Part shown: one piece after another, positions 12,075 through 23,345 of the stretch
Layout: each line of letters opens with the position of its first letter
How positions within the stretch are numbered: position 1 is the stretch's first letter
Assembly (NCBI RefSeq): GCF_004010195.1
Contig: NC_057718.1
Span: 36,868,600 to 36,916,199, forward strand
Length of the DNA: 47,600 nt
Direction of reading: 5' to 3'
DNA from: Chiloscyllium plagiosum
Taxonomy: Eukaryota
The notes under the pieces: model-generated
The model's database searches: none
The model's input: only the letters and a program-made list of their open reading frames with translations
Told to the model about the DNA's origin: nothing
Program-made: the position numbers and the translations under genes

Positions 12075-12383
12075 TTAGATTAGCTAGATTACCGACAGTG
12101 TGGAAACAGGCCCTTCGGCCCAACAAGTCCACACCTACCCTCCAAAGAGCATCCACCCTGACCCATTCCCTAACTAATGCACCTAACACTATAGGCAATT
12201 TAGCATGGCCAATTCACCTAACCTGCACATCTTTGGACTGTGGGAGGAAACCAGAGCACCGGAGGAAACCTATGCAGACACGGGGAGAATGTGCAAACTC
12301 CACACAGGCAGTTGCCCAAGTTGGGAATTGAACCCGGGTCCCTGGCACTGTGAGGCAATAGTGCTAACCGCTGAGCCACCATG
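12075..12383 (-). mobile_element. HE1-type V-SINE
   Basis: Reverse complement of the 5277-5624 family; B box GGGTTCAATTCCC intact. Confidence 0.9.
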
Positions 12384-12599
12384 GTTACTATCCTGAGCCT
12401 AGCTACCTCTTTCCTGTCACTGACTTCCTGTATTTCCTTGATCCTTGCTGGTTCCATTGTCCTTGTAGGATGTTGGGATCTTATTCAATTTTCCACAACT
12501 AAACTGAACTTTTCTGATTCCCTTCTGGTTGCCTAATCCCCATGGACTGTATTTGGCCTTCTGGGGACAGTACCTGCTCCTTCTCCAAGTAATAGATCG

Positions 12600-13942
12600 A
12601 TTGCCCTATCAGTTTGATGAGAGTACTACCCTGGTGGGACACATTTTGTGGGTGATTTATTTTTACAGGGAGAGCCATTAAACATGCCCATTTATTAGCA
12701 CAGTGTAATTGTCCTCCATTCAGGTGGCATATCAGCAGACTCCGCTGCAAGCCGTGTTAGCATCTCGGAAAATGATTAGTTATTTCTGAGAAGTTTTAAT
12801 GCAAAGACAGCCCTGGCCCCTCTTGACAGGAAGCCTTGGCAGGAATTGTGTCCGGCCCCCGTCTCATGAGTCAACAGTTCTTTTTGATGTGGTCAGGCTT
12901 GCCACAGTGGAAGCAGCAGGGCATGGTCCTGCTGGTTGCTTTGCAGTTGCTTTCTTTTAAAAGTTGAAGATTGATCCATGATGTTTTCCCTCCTCTAATT
13001 TCTTCTGGAGTCTAATTCTGCCCACCCTATTTCCTTGTCTTTTCATTGCTGGTAAGAGCCAGTGAATCCAGATTTATTTTGGTTTAGAGGTTTATGAGTC
13101 AAATCATAGTCATCAACCATGACTGCTGCATGATTCTCAATGCCCTTTGTCTCTCCCGTGTGTTTTCAGTTGACAGTTTTAAAACTCCTCCAGCAGCACT
13201 GCCTCTCGAGCCTTCGTACCTGTTCAATTCTTAGGGCTTGGGCCCAAAGATTGAAAGTTCCTTTTGAATGCTGGGAAAGTTTGCGCGGGTTTCGAAAGGA
13301 ATTCTGGAATTATTGTTGGTATGCCTCCTGTACAAGTTGGTTAGTATTGAGAATAGCAGCCTGTGTCTCATGGATCTCTCACGTTTTCCAATTACTTGCA
13401 CTTGCCGGTTGAAAGCTGTCATAACATAACAGCCTGTTTCCTAAAGGCTGTGGAACTACCGGCCCCAATTCTCCTTATTTCTGAGCTTTAGTTCCATCTT
13501 TAGCTGGAAGATTAACTCGCTTTGCCCTCCCAGGGTTTGCTTTCCCTGGGACTTAACTTAGTCTGTTTCAGGTTCTGTTTATTCCACTCGTTTTGTCTCA
13601 ACAGTGAGCCATAAATGCTTGGTCAACGTCTTTTGTACCGCGTGTGTCTATGTAATATGCTGTATATTAAGTTATACCTGCTTAGCTAAGACCTTTAGCT
13701 GTTCTATGGTGAGGGAGGCTAGTCTGTGCCAATTTAAGTCCCATTATCCTACAAACATTTTTGCATCAAAATTAGCCATGTTACTTTCTGATGTTGGCTC
13801 ACGAAAATCTGCTGTCGTACTTGCTTATTTTAAAGAAACCATTTCAAGTTCTGAACGTTCCCCTTTTAGCTTGCAATTTATCTTTTAATGTCAGGTTTAG
13901 TTCTCAGTAGTCCATTTGGTTCAAATCCGAGGTGTGGCCTCA
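12600..13942 (-). mobile_element. Gypsy (Gmr1-like) gag/protease remnant with tRNA-Pro-like PBS
   Basis: AILNTNQLVQEAYQQ*FQN and EAVLLEEF (SCAN-related capsid motifs); CCHC knuckle CFHCGKPDHIKKNC at ~12874-12915; PBS-like TGAGGCCACACCTCGGATTTGAACC at 13942-13918. Confidence 0.75.
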
Positions 13943-14260
13943 GTTATGGACAGGGAGGAATGCTAAGCAGGGACCTCAATTCCATGACCTTCTGTCTAGA
14001 ATTAATATGTTTTATTTTCTTTTAAAAATTACCAGCAGCAGACTTCTGTAGCTTTAAACAAAATAGCTTATTTAATTGTTTGGTAGCACAGAACTTTAAC
14101 ATTGCTACAAAATACCTGAAGTCAACACTTTTCACCTTTTACAGATCATGAGTAAAACATGAGAGAATATCAACTTTAGAAAGGAAGTAACAACTTATGC
14201 AGCATGCAAAAAGGGTGCTGGTTAGTTAGACTATGGTGGGCATAGAGATGCAGCTAGGAC
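13943..14260 (-). mobile_element. 5' LTR of the Gmr1-like element (distal boundary uncertain)
   Basis: Minus strand has AATAAA at ~14010 and ends ...GTCCATAAC immediately before the PBS. Confidence 0.55.
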
Positions 14261-15574
14261 TATAAGTTCTCTTAGCTAACTGTTTAAATTCAATCCAGGC
14301 AGGTTGATGCTGATTGGGCTGACACTGCTGTGGGGGTGACTATCTCCATAGCATTTACCCAGCGAAAAAAAGGTACTTTGCCTCAGAAGACTGTACTCCC
14401 TCTGGAGATTGAGACATATATCAATTTCTGGCTGAAATTCTGCTGCTAACCATACTGTCAAGGCCATATTGCTGTCTCTGTATGTGAGACCTTCGAAAAG
14501 ACAGCAGGTGATCCTTGCCAAATGACTCCGGCAGCTGCCCAGCATTTCACCATGATGCTTTATTTGGGAGGGCTGGGCAATCCATATCCTTCTCAACAGA
14601 ATTAAACAAATAATTATTCAGATGTTCAGAGTTCTCCAAGATGCAAAGTGCAATTTATAGAGTGCATGTATCATTGAAAACCCTACATGAATGCAAATAA
14701 GGAAGGTATTCAGTTTACTCATGTTGATCATGTCCCATGTCAATGCCATCTTTTCATCACGTAATAATCCATGCAGCCCTCATGACTCTGAATTATATTT
14801 CCTCGACAGTCAGGCTGATTACTCAAGTAAACCTTGCACAGACTGATGGCAAACATGGCGATGACAAGAGCCATGTTACTGCAAGCAGTTCTAATAGCAA
14901 ATGTCAAGCCTTCTGTATTCCCATGTTAAGGACCTACATAGATTTTGTGGAGGCCTGATAAACAGCGAGCAAAACTCTTAAGAATTATTGTATCTTGCTG
15001 TATTCCATGTAATATTGCAATGTAAGGAAGTTTACAACTGACAGGAGCTGGAAGGAATGAAAAGGAGGAAGGAGCTCCTTACCCTTAGTGTAAAAACATT
15101 GGAAACCTAAGGAATGTAGCAAGTCAACCAATAGCCATAGAGAGGAAGGCATAACTGTCAGACCAGTGCTTTCAACAAATACATCAAATAATGTACTACC
15201 CCTGCCTTTCATCCTCCAAACCTTTACAGAGTCACTGTCAAACCTCTACCTAGTTCTTCCACAATACTAAACTTTGTGTTTCCTCCAACATAAAATTCCT
15301 GAAAACTGAAAGTATACACGTAGACTCTGGCAACATAATTCATGTTTAATTCACAAAAAAAACATATTCCTGATATCTTCAACAAGTACCAAAAAGCTAA
15401 TTCATCCTCCATACAATGTTTAAAATGTATATTGATTCTTTGTGCGAGAAAACGTACTTTCTGATGTTCTGAATGCACTACTGCCACTTGTTGCTGTTTC
15501 AATGAGGTTTGACTAGGTGGTGACTGGTTGATGTTAGCTTGGAGTCTTCTAGGTCTTTAGTAGCTCTCATCTTA

Positions 15575-15660
15575 TAGAATCATAGTACAGCTTGGAAAGA
15601 GGCCCTTCAGCCTATTGTGTCCCCCCTGGTCATTAAGCACCTACCTACTCGAATCCCAAT
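15575..15660 (-). mobile_element. CR1 3' tail fragment
   Basis: ATAGAATCATAGTACAGC..GAAAGAGGCCCTTCAGCC. Confidence 0.65.
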
Positions 15661-15699
15661 GTCTCAGCTTTATAGCAATCATACTGAAAGCCCATGACC

Positions 15700-16492
15700 A
15701 ATGAAGAAAACCTCCACACCTTCAACTCAATTCCATTCATGAATGATCCAACACTGGATTAGTTACAACTCAGCCTTCTATAAACCATGGCAGTGAGTGT
15801 TTGCCAATAAAGACTTTAGCAAATTAACAAAACTCCTGGTGTACAAAGCAGTTGTTATCACCATATTCCTGCACTGACCAGCATTCAGTACTAGTGACAC
15901 ATTAAAAATGATAGAGAAAATCCAGCAGCGATGTCTTTGCCACAGCCTTAGGATTCAATAAGAGGACCATTGAACAGACATTGGTGCCCTTCATGAAGTC
16001 AGTTGCACAGGCTTTTAAGCAAAACTCCTGCAGAACCAACTTTGCTGGACTGGAATCTCCATCGGGATGAGCTAAAATATCTTCCTCATCAGATCCTGTT
16101 TTCTGAACTCTCAAATAGCCGACATCCAGGGAAGGACAAAGAAAAAACACTGAAAGAACATGCTGAAGCTCTCCTTGAAGTGCACCAACATTGACCTTAA
16201 TGTCTGGGAGGAGCCTGTTAGCAACTGTTCAAAATGGTGATAACTTGTTCATCAAGCTGCAGCATACTTTGAGTCCAAATGTCTTAATGATGAGGCATAG
16301 CAGTAGGAAGGTGAGAAAGAAAGTACAGTAAATCCTGCCCTCAGAATTTTATTACCTTCTGGGACATCCTAATCCATGTGTTGAACCATCTCTAGCTTGA
16401 GAATCAACTCCTTTAGTCACGTGAAGACCCACAACAGAAACTTGTGGACCAGAGTGGGCGTCATCCTCAAATCAGGGATAATTGGTGATGAC
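15700..16492 (+). mobile_element. Decayed RTE LINE 3' portion
   Basis: TKLLVYKAVVITI; LPHQILFSELSNSRHPG; terminal SHVKTH and GTCATCCTC tail. Confidence 0.75.
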
Positions 16493-16695
16493 TGGAAGAG
16501 AGGTTCAGATGTTTTCTTAGATTATCATCTGCAGAATTGAGTAGAACTGTGAAAAATGCAATCAAATCTGAAATCAAACATGCAATCCATAATGACCATG
16601 TTAATGCCTTCAGCCCTCTGACTGTACTGCACAAGGCACTCGGGGAAGTGGCTGAAAGCAGAAAAATGTTAATCAGCTGCTACAGAATGTAGATG

Positions 16696-17105
16696 AGGCA
16701 GCATCTGCAGAGAGAAACAGCTAACACTGAGGCTAGTGACCAAAACAGAAATTGCTGGGAAAGCTCAGCAGCTCTGGCAGCATCTGCAGAGAGAAATCAG
16801 AGTGAATGTTTTAAGGTCCAGTGACACTTCTTCAGAACAGTTCTGAAGAAGGGTCACTGAACCCAAAATGTTAGCACTACTTTTTCTCCACAGGTGCTGC
16901 CAGACCTGCTGAGTTTTCTCAGAAATTCCTGTTTTTGTTTCTGACTTCCAGCATCGTCAGTTTTTTGATATTTTTAAATTGAGTTCAGGAAACTTCTTCA
17001 GAACCGGTTCTGATGAGGAGTCACTGGACTCAAAATATTAACACTTTTCTCTCTACAGATGCTGCCAGACCTGCTGACTTTCTCTAGCAGTCTTTTATTT
17101 CATTT
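16696..17105. mobile_element. Outer palindromic PLE-derived element, split by an inner copy
   Basis: Left arm GGCAGCATCTGCAGAGAGAAA (16696-16716) pairs with TTTCTCTCTACAGATGCTGCC (~17046-17066); centre TCAGAACC|GGTTCTGA at 16998-17013. Confidence 0.7.
16741..16975. mobile_element. Inner palindromic PLE-derived element
   Basis: ~100-bp inverted arms; centre CTTCTTCAGAAC-A-GTTCTGAAGAAG (16827-16851). Confidence 0.85.
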
Positions 17106-18135
17106 TTTTCAACGTCAGTAGTTAAATGTGTTTATTTATCCATAGAATGTAACTGTCTCATAACTGTAGTGTATAGCCCAGACAGGCTGAGGAGTCACTA
17201 GAATCCATGTAGACTATCAGTGAAACATTTCAGTCAGGCAGTACACTTCTACCTTCTACAATGGAATCACAAAGGGGTACTGTATTAGGTTAGGTGTCAT
17301 TCCTCTGAAAGTGCAAATATGCATTTCAACAGGATGCAAACTTGAGTTATCAGGATAGTGTGTGAATTGAAGGAGAACCTGCAAGTTGCAGTAGTACCAT
17401 GTACTGGTGCCTTTGTTGTTCCAGATGGATGCTCCATGCAATTTTAGATTTTCTTTGGTTTAAAGTTGTTAGATTTTTAATATGGAGAGAGAATTTGTTT
17501 CTGTGCATTTGTTTAAGGTGGGTCTCTACTGCACCGACCCGACAGTCAGAAATTCAAGGTTATAAAGAGAGAGGGAACACGTGACATGAGTGTCACTATT
17601 TACTGTGACAGTTTGTCCATTTTTAATAGGAGTTCAACACTTGTAAGCTAAACAATTTGTACAAACATTTTATTGAATAACTCCATCAATGTTTTACTGA
17701 GAACTGCTTAATCGTACTGTTCAACTTGCGCATTTTTGATTAGTTTCAGTGACCCTTGCTCATAAAAACACATTCTGTGTAATTCAAAACATGTGTAAAG
17801 TTGGCAAACAAAATGCCTGCCGCTTCCAGAAGCTGCTCCCCACTCCCCACTAAAGTATCTACGCTGCAATTTTCTTCATGTGGGCAAGCATCAAAAATGT
17901 CTAAAATGTGTTTGGCAGCCAGTATCATGTATGTAATTGCCTCACATTAAACCATCCGCGGCAAATCTATCCCAGGATGGAAATTTTCTTGCCACAAAAG
18001 AAACTTACTGCTTCAAGACAGCACAGTTTCTGCTTGAAATAAAGTCACTCCACCCCTCCACTTCCCAACATTATCCTTCACCTTGATCCGTCTGCGGGAA
18101 GACTGGGCAAAGCTGACAAGCAACCTCAAATAAAT

Positions 18136-18390
18136 TGAAATGTTAGAACTGAGATGAGGAGGGATTTCTTCAACCAGGAGTTGGTGAATCTGTCAAACTC
18201 ATTACTGCAGAAGGCTGTGGAGGCCAAGTCTTTGGGGATCTTGAAGATGGAGATAGATAGGTTCGCGATTATAAAGTGTTATGAAGAGAAGGCAGGAGAG
18301 TGGGGTTGAGAAACACATCAGAAATGATCGAACGGTGGAGCACACCCAATAGTCCAAATGGCCTAATTCTGCTCTTATATCTTATGGTGT
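18136..18390 (+). mobile_element. CR1 3' end
   Basis: RTEMRRDFF...LLQKAVEAKSLGILKMEIDRF; tail TCTTATATCTTATGG. Confidence 0.85.
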
Positions 18391-18584
18391 TATGCTCCTG
18401 AAAGACTGCCAAATCTTTAAAACAGGCTGACATGTGAAAATTGCATTTTGCTCCCTAAACCTTAGGTATTGAAGAAAATAATGCAAAATAAAGCTGCAGG
18501 TAAAATTCTGATTCTGTTGTGTATTTGTAGGATTCTGCAGGAGCATGCATTCCAGAACAAACTTAACAAACTTTACATTGAAAA

Positions 18585-18883
18585 TAAGGTCCCTTGAACA
18601 GCAATGTGATAATGACCAGATAATCTGTTTTTTAGTGATGGTGGCTGAGTGATAAGTACTGACTTTCAGAACGAGAACAGTCCTGCACATTTTCAAAATA
18701 ATGCCATGGGACTTTTTATGTTCACTTGGCAGGGAAGTCAATCATCGTTTAACATCTCTGATGCTAGTGTTCCCTCAATACTGCAGTGGAAGTTTGGCAT
18801 GGGTTTTGTTGTCAAACCTTTGGAGTAAATTTTGAATTCACTGCTTTCAGACTCAAAAACAAGAGTGCCATCACTAAGCTGCC
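18585..18883 (-). mobile_element. Deu-domain SINE (SacSINE/AmnSINE-like)
   Basis: Plus strand CAGCAATGTGATAATGACCAGATAATCTG...TGCCATGGGAC; tRNA head at 18830-18880. Confidence 0.7.
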
Positions 18884-19119
18884 TGTCATGATTGTAATGA
18901 GGTCAATCAGATCAAGCTCATAGAATATGAGTTCCCTGATTAGGGCTGTTAATCTGATCCAATCAGGGAGCCCTGGCTGACAGAAATAAACAGGATTGTC
19001 AGATATCCTGTTCACTCTGAGAGCTGGCTTTGAGGGAGCTGGATTGGTCTCAATGATTCTCCATGTGTAAATAAACAGTGATTTGATAATGGGATACTGA
19101 TCTCTGTGGAGCTATTTCA
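18884..19119 (+). mobile_element. Solo LTR, 236 bp, TG...CA, 5-bp TSD CTGCC
   Basis: TSD at 18879-18883 and 19120-19124; CCAATCAG box and AATAAA inside. Confidence 0.9.
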
Positions 19120-19199
19120 CTGCCCTTTGCCATAATATCCCCATATCTTCTCTCCCCAAGACAAATGACTAGCAGGTTCTGTTTCAAGTGCTGTGTGTT

Positions 19200-20390
19200 T
19201 AATGGCTGCCACAACCTGCACACAAAAGTACTTACACTTGCGGTAGAAGTCACATGACTGCAGCCAGCCAGTGCATGATGTAGAATTGCATTTCTCTAAA
19301 CACTCCGTTTTCATTAAAAAATAAACAGTTACAAACTAACCAATGTATATGGTCAGAAAGAAAATTATAATTCATGAACAAAATTTTATGAAGTCTAATC
19401 AGTTCCATTTTTATCACGTCTTTGCATATGCATTGTATGCATCATCTTTAAATCATGCTGGTTTCTAAAACAATATTTGTGCACCTTGTTGCTGACTGCT
19501 TGCCTGATATCTGCTTATATCGAGGGTGTTGCTTTTTCTCCAGAAGTGTTGCACCCATGGTGAGTGCTGTTGCCATGGTAACAGTTAATGCATTTCCATT
19601 ATTTGGGGGACAGTGGACTGACGGCCATTTTCTCCTCCGTATTGGTGGTGAGATCATATCTTCGCGATCAGCTATAAAGGGTCAGTTTCTCTAGTTGTTT
19701 ATAGGTGTCAGTGGTTGACATCTGCATGGGTATGGTTATTCATTGGCACTACATACAAGTGAGGTGACAATCACTCAGCACAGTTCCCAGGTTGCTACAT
19801 GGACTGACTTTTATTGCAAGCATTAAATATTTGCACTCTGACTGGCTCTACAATAGTTAGCTCTGGCAATGACTTAGCAGCTTTACCAAAGTGATATTCT
19901 GTCATTTCACCTTGCTTTTGTCACTCACACAAGTTATTACTGCGACTTCAGTCAATTCTTTGTTATTGGAAGCATACTTTGGATGACGTGTGAACTTAGT
20001 CTTTGAACTGGACTACTTTGCATGTCTTCAGTAGATCTATTTGTCAACTCAAGGAAAACTTGTGCTGGACCTGCTGGAATTCTGTCTGATCTCTTTGGCA
20101 ATTTTCACTGCTGCCATACTCCTCCCTTTGTGGCTGGGAACAGTGTGGAGTTGATGTGAGATGTTGAATTTTCTAATGATTAAGTCGTGGCCAAATTCTT
20201 CACTTGCAAACTGAGGATCATTTTCCCTCTTCATAATGTCTGGCATGCTGGAATGACTGAAATGTGCTTTTAGGCTTTCTACAAATCTCTGGTAGTCATT
20301 GAAGGCTCACTCTCAATTGTCACAATTGTACTGACAGTGACAAGGTGATCAGTTCCTTTGTGAATTAAAATGTCTACTCCAAGTTTGGAA
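19200..20390 (-). mobile_element. Gypsy integrase core, pol end, PPT-like tract and start of 3' LTR
   Basis: KLGVDILIHKGTDHLVTV, LKAHFSHSSMPDIMKRENDPQFASEEF, AAVKIAK, SSPVQRL, KSLPELTIVEPVRVQ, terminal PA*FKDD; LTR starts TG at 19302. Confidence 0.85.
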
Positions 20391-21690
20391 AAGAATGTCC
20401 TCAACTCCCCTCTAAATTTCTTGCCTTTCATCTTAAAATTATGCCTCATTGCTATTGATGCTTCAATGAAGGGGAACAGTTGCTCTCTATCCACCGTATC
20501 CATGCCCCTCATTATCTTATACACCTCGATCAGGTCCCCTCTCAGTCTTCTCTGCACTAAAGAAAACAATACAAGCTTAACCAGGCTCACCAGATAACTA
20601 AACTGCTTCATTTCAGGCAACACCCTGTTGAATCTCATCCACATCCCCTCCAATGTGGTCACATCCTTCCTCCAGTATGAAGAACAGAATCGCACACAGT
20701 ACTCCAGCTGTGGCCTAACCAGAATTTTGTACAGCTCCAATGTAATCTTCCTGTTTTCATAATCTATGCCACTACTAATAAAGGCAAGTGTCCCATTCTG
20801 AACCACTTGATTAATCTGTCCTGCTGCCTTCTGCACCTCTTTTGCCCACTGGCTGTTTGGAGTCAATAATACACTCCCACCTGCTCCCAACAAAGCTTCA
20901 TTTAAAGACCCTGCCAAGATATTATCTATCCTTACTACAGTAAAGTGACTCCTTAATTAATAATGCAAAACCACATTGTCTTTTACAGTTTCCCCTAAAC
21001 TGCCTGAAGATCCTATACCCTGGAATGTGGAGTTGCCAGTCCTAATCCTCTCGCAACCATGTCTCTGTGATGGTAACAACATTGCAATTCCATGAGTCAA
21101 TCCATATCCTTGACCCATCTATCTTATTTGTAATATGCCTAACATTAAAAAGGGGAGACCATCCAGCCTCAGCTTACTACCTTGAAACTCAGCATAGCTA
21201 AACTCCCTCTGCCTTGGGAGTTCTACTAAAGTATGCATGTATCCCTATGTATGAACATTCTGTGTCCTCTCTCCTACCAAACTTGTTTCAATTCTTCCCA
21301 ACAGCACAAGCAAAACCACCCAGAAGGACATTGGTCTCATTCTGGTTCAGGTGCAGATCATCCCACTTTACATGTTCCACCTTTCCCAGAAATGTTCCCA
21401 TTGGTCTAGAAATCTAAACCCTGTGCCAACTCTCGAGCCAGGTTTTCATCTGCCCTATTATCCCATTTCTGTACTCACTAGCATGTTGTATCAGGAACAA
21501 ATCCCGAGATTTCTAACTTTGAGGTCTTGCTGTTCAGTCTAATGCCTAGCTACCTAAATTCCTGATGCCAAACTTCATCCCTCATTATACCTTATTATTG
21601 GCATCAATGTATACCATGACATTAGTCTCGTCAGCCTTCCCCTTCTAGGTGTTCTGCAGCCACTCAGTGACATCCCTAACCCTGGTACTA
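20391..21690 (-). mobile_element. CR1 with large internal deletion (ORF1 SGNH-esterase part joined to ORF2 C-terminus), inserted in the Gypsy element
   Basis: LYKILVRPQLEYCVRF...RRLRGDLIEVYKIMRG (20391-20830); ORF1 esterase-like remnant NVMVYIDANN at ~21590-21630. Confidence 0.85.
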
Positions 21691-21769
21691 GTGACTGCGA
21701 GATTTACCAAAAAGAAGTTGTTCCAGTCTACCTCAGCTAGACCCTGCCTTATTTGAATAAAATTAATGA

Positions 21770-22900
21770 CAGCATTTTCTTTTGTACACGATGCCATCTT
21801 GCACTTTCATTTCCTCTCTGCATATCATTGCCTTCTTATACTAACAGGTGTGCCCTTGCTTCCTTGAGGTTATACTTTCATCACTCCTTCCTGCTATACT
21901 TGTCATGTTGTGTCCTGATATATTGTATGATTTGAGCAAGATGCTTATCTTTCAGATTTAATGTCTATGCTGGATGGATGACTTCCATGTCAAGCTGTCG
22001 CTTCTTATTAAACTTTGAAGATTTCAGATTCTGGCTTAGCATCCTCAACCTTCTTCTTCGGGAGTGCTGCTCTCAGCAGTATGTCAGCAATGCGCATCTG
22101 TTTGTCCTGCTTGTATGTTACATCCAGAAGGTATCTTTACAAATGAAGTAATATTCTTTGCAGATGTTTTGGAATAGATATAAGTAGTTTGAGGAAGTGG
22201 TTTTTGGTCTGATTCCACTGCTACTTTATCTCGAACAAACAGATATTAATTAAAATTTTCAAAAGCAAAGACAATAGCCAGGCCCTCTTTCTCTATCTGA
22301 GCATTGCCTTGCTCAGTTTGTATTAATGCCCTCAATGTAAATACAACTAGTTTCCCAGTTCAACATGGCTACCATGCTAATGTGTAAAAGGAAAAATTAC
22401 TTAGAACCTTAAATACTTCAATATAGGCCACTTTTCTCCTTTTATATGAGAAATAGATATCAATGGTTAATTTCAGTGTTTCTGAAGGTGCTCAATATAA
22501 AAGACTTTGACCTGGAGGTGTAGCCAGATTTCCCTGCAGTTTAGAACAGGTCAGTGCCTGAGATGCTGAATAATGTAGTTGAGTCTCTTTTATACATTAG
22601 TTGCATAACAGTTGCTTCAAACTCTGTCTAACAGCAACAGGTTGCAAGGTAGCTTCACGATTAACAGGCTGGTCTCCAGGTTGCTGGATTTTTCCTTGTC
22701 TGATGCTTCACCGATCACATGGTTTCATCCATTTCAAGATGATATTCACCTGGAAGACATTCAAGACATGTGAAAACATCTCTATAATTTTCGAGGAACT
22801 ATTCAGAGTTAATGACTGAATGGATTGCAAAATGCTGCAAATTTCTTCTGGCACCTTCAGGGTTACTAGTTAAGCTTTAGACTTGTTTCAGCCAAGCAGA
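21770..22900 (-). mobile_element. Gypsy pol remnant (pre-RT linker, RNase H, integrase N-region); same element as 19200-20390
   Basis: NYRDVFTCLECLPGEYHLEMDET (~22720-22790); DKVAVESDQKP, PKHLQRILLHL, DVTYKQDKQMRIADILLRA; EEMKVQDGIVYK; RT core absent. Confidence 0.85.
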
Positions 22901-23037
22901 GTGGATTTTCTTTGTGTCTGCTTTCTGGGATTCCAGATGTTCATTCTTCCCAATATCTGGGCTCTTAACTGCTTTTGTCTCTTGGAATGAGTATCAGTCC
23001 ATCATATAACTTCAACCTTGCTTTCAAGGGATTCATG

Positions 23038-23190
23038 ATGTGGAGGAGCCGATGTTGGACTGGGTGGACAAAGTTAAAAATCACACAACACTCGGTGATA
23101 GTCCAGCAGGTTTGTTTCAAAGTACAAGTTTTTGGAGCACTGCTCCTTTGTTAGGTAGCTACTTCCAAATTAACCTGTTGGACTATAACA
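23038..23190 (-). mobile_element. Third PLE-derived family, internally inverted, with decayed hammerhead helix II
   Basis: ATAGTCCAGCAGGTT pairs with AACCTGTTGGACTAT; minus strand CTAACAAA-GGAGC-AGT-GCTCC-AAAAACT. Confidence 0.65.
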
Positions 23191-23194
23191 GCTC

Positions 23195-23345
23195 AACCAA
23201 AAGGCATCATCTCCAACAGTCCAGCTCCCTCTTGATACTGCACTGAAATGTTAGTTTTGGTTTGTGCACTCAGGTCCTGGACAGAGCCTTGAATCCAATG
23301 TCTTGTGACTCAGAGGCAATTGTGTTACCTGTCAAACTATAGCTG
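23195..23345 (-). mobile_element. Deu-domain SINE 5' part
   Basis: GGCATCATCTCCAACAGTCCAGCTCCCTCTTGATACTGCACTGAAATG...CTTGAATCC...GACTCAGAGGC. Confidence 0.6.

Noticed and set aside
20279..20917. 212-aa ORF as a novel RT-integrase fusion
   Set aside because: Chance in-frame junction of an inserted CR1 3' end with decayed Gypsy integrase.
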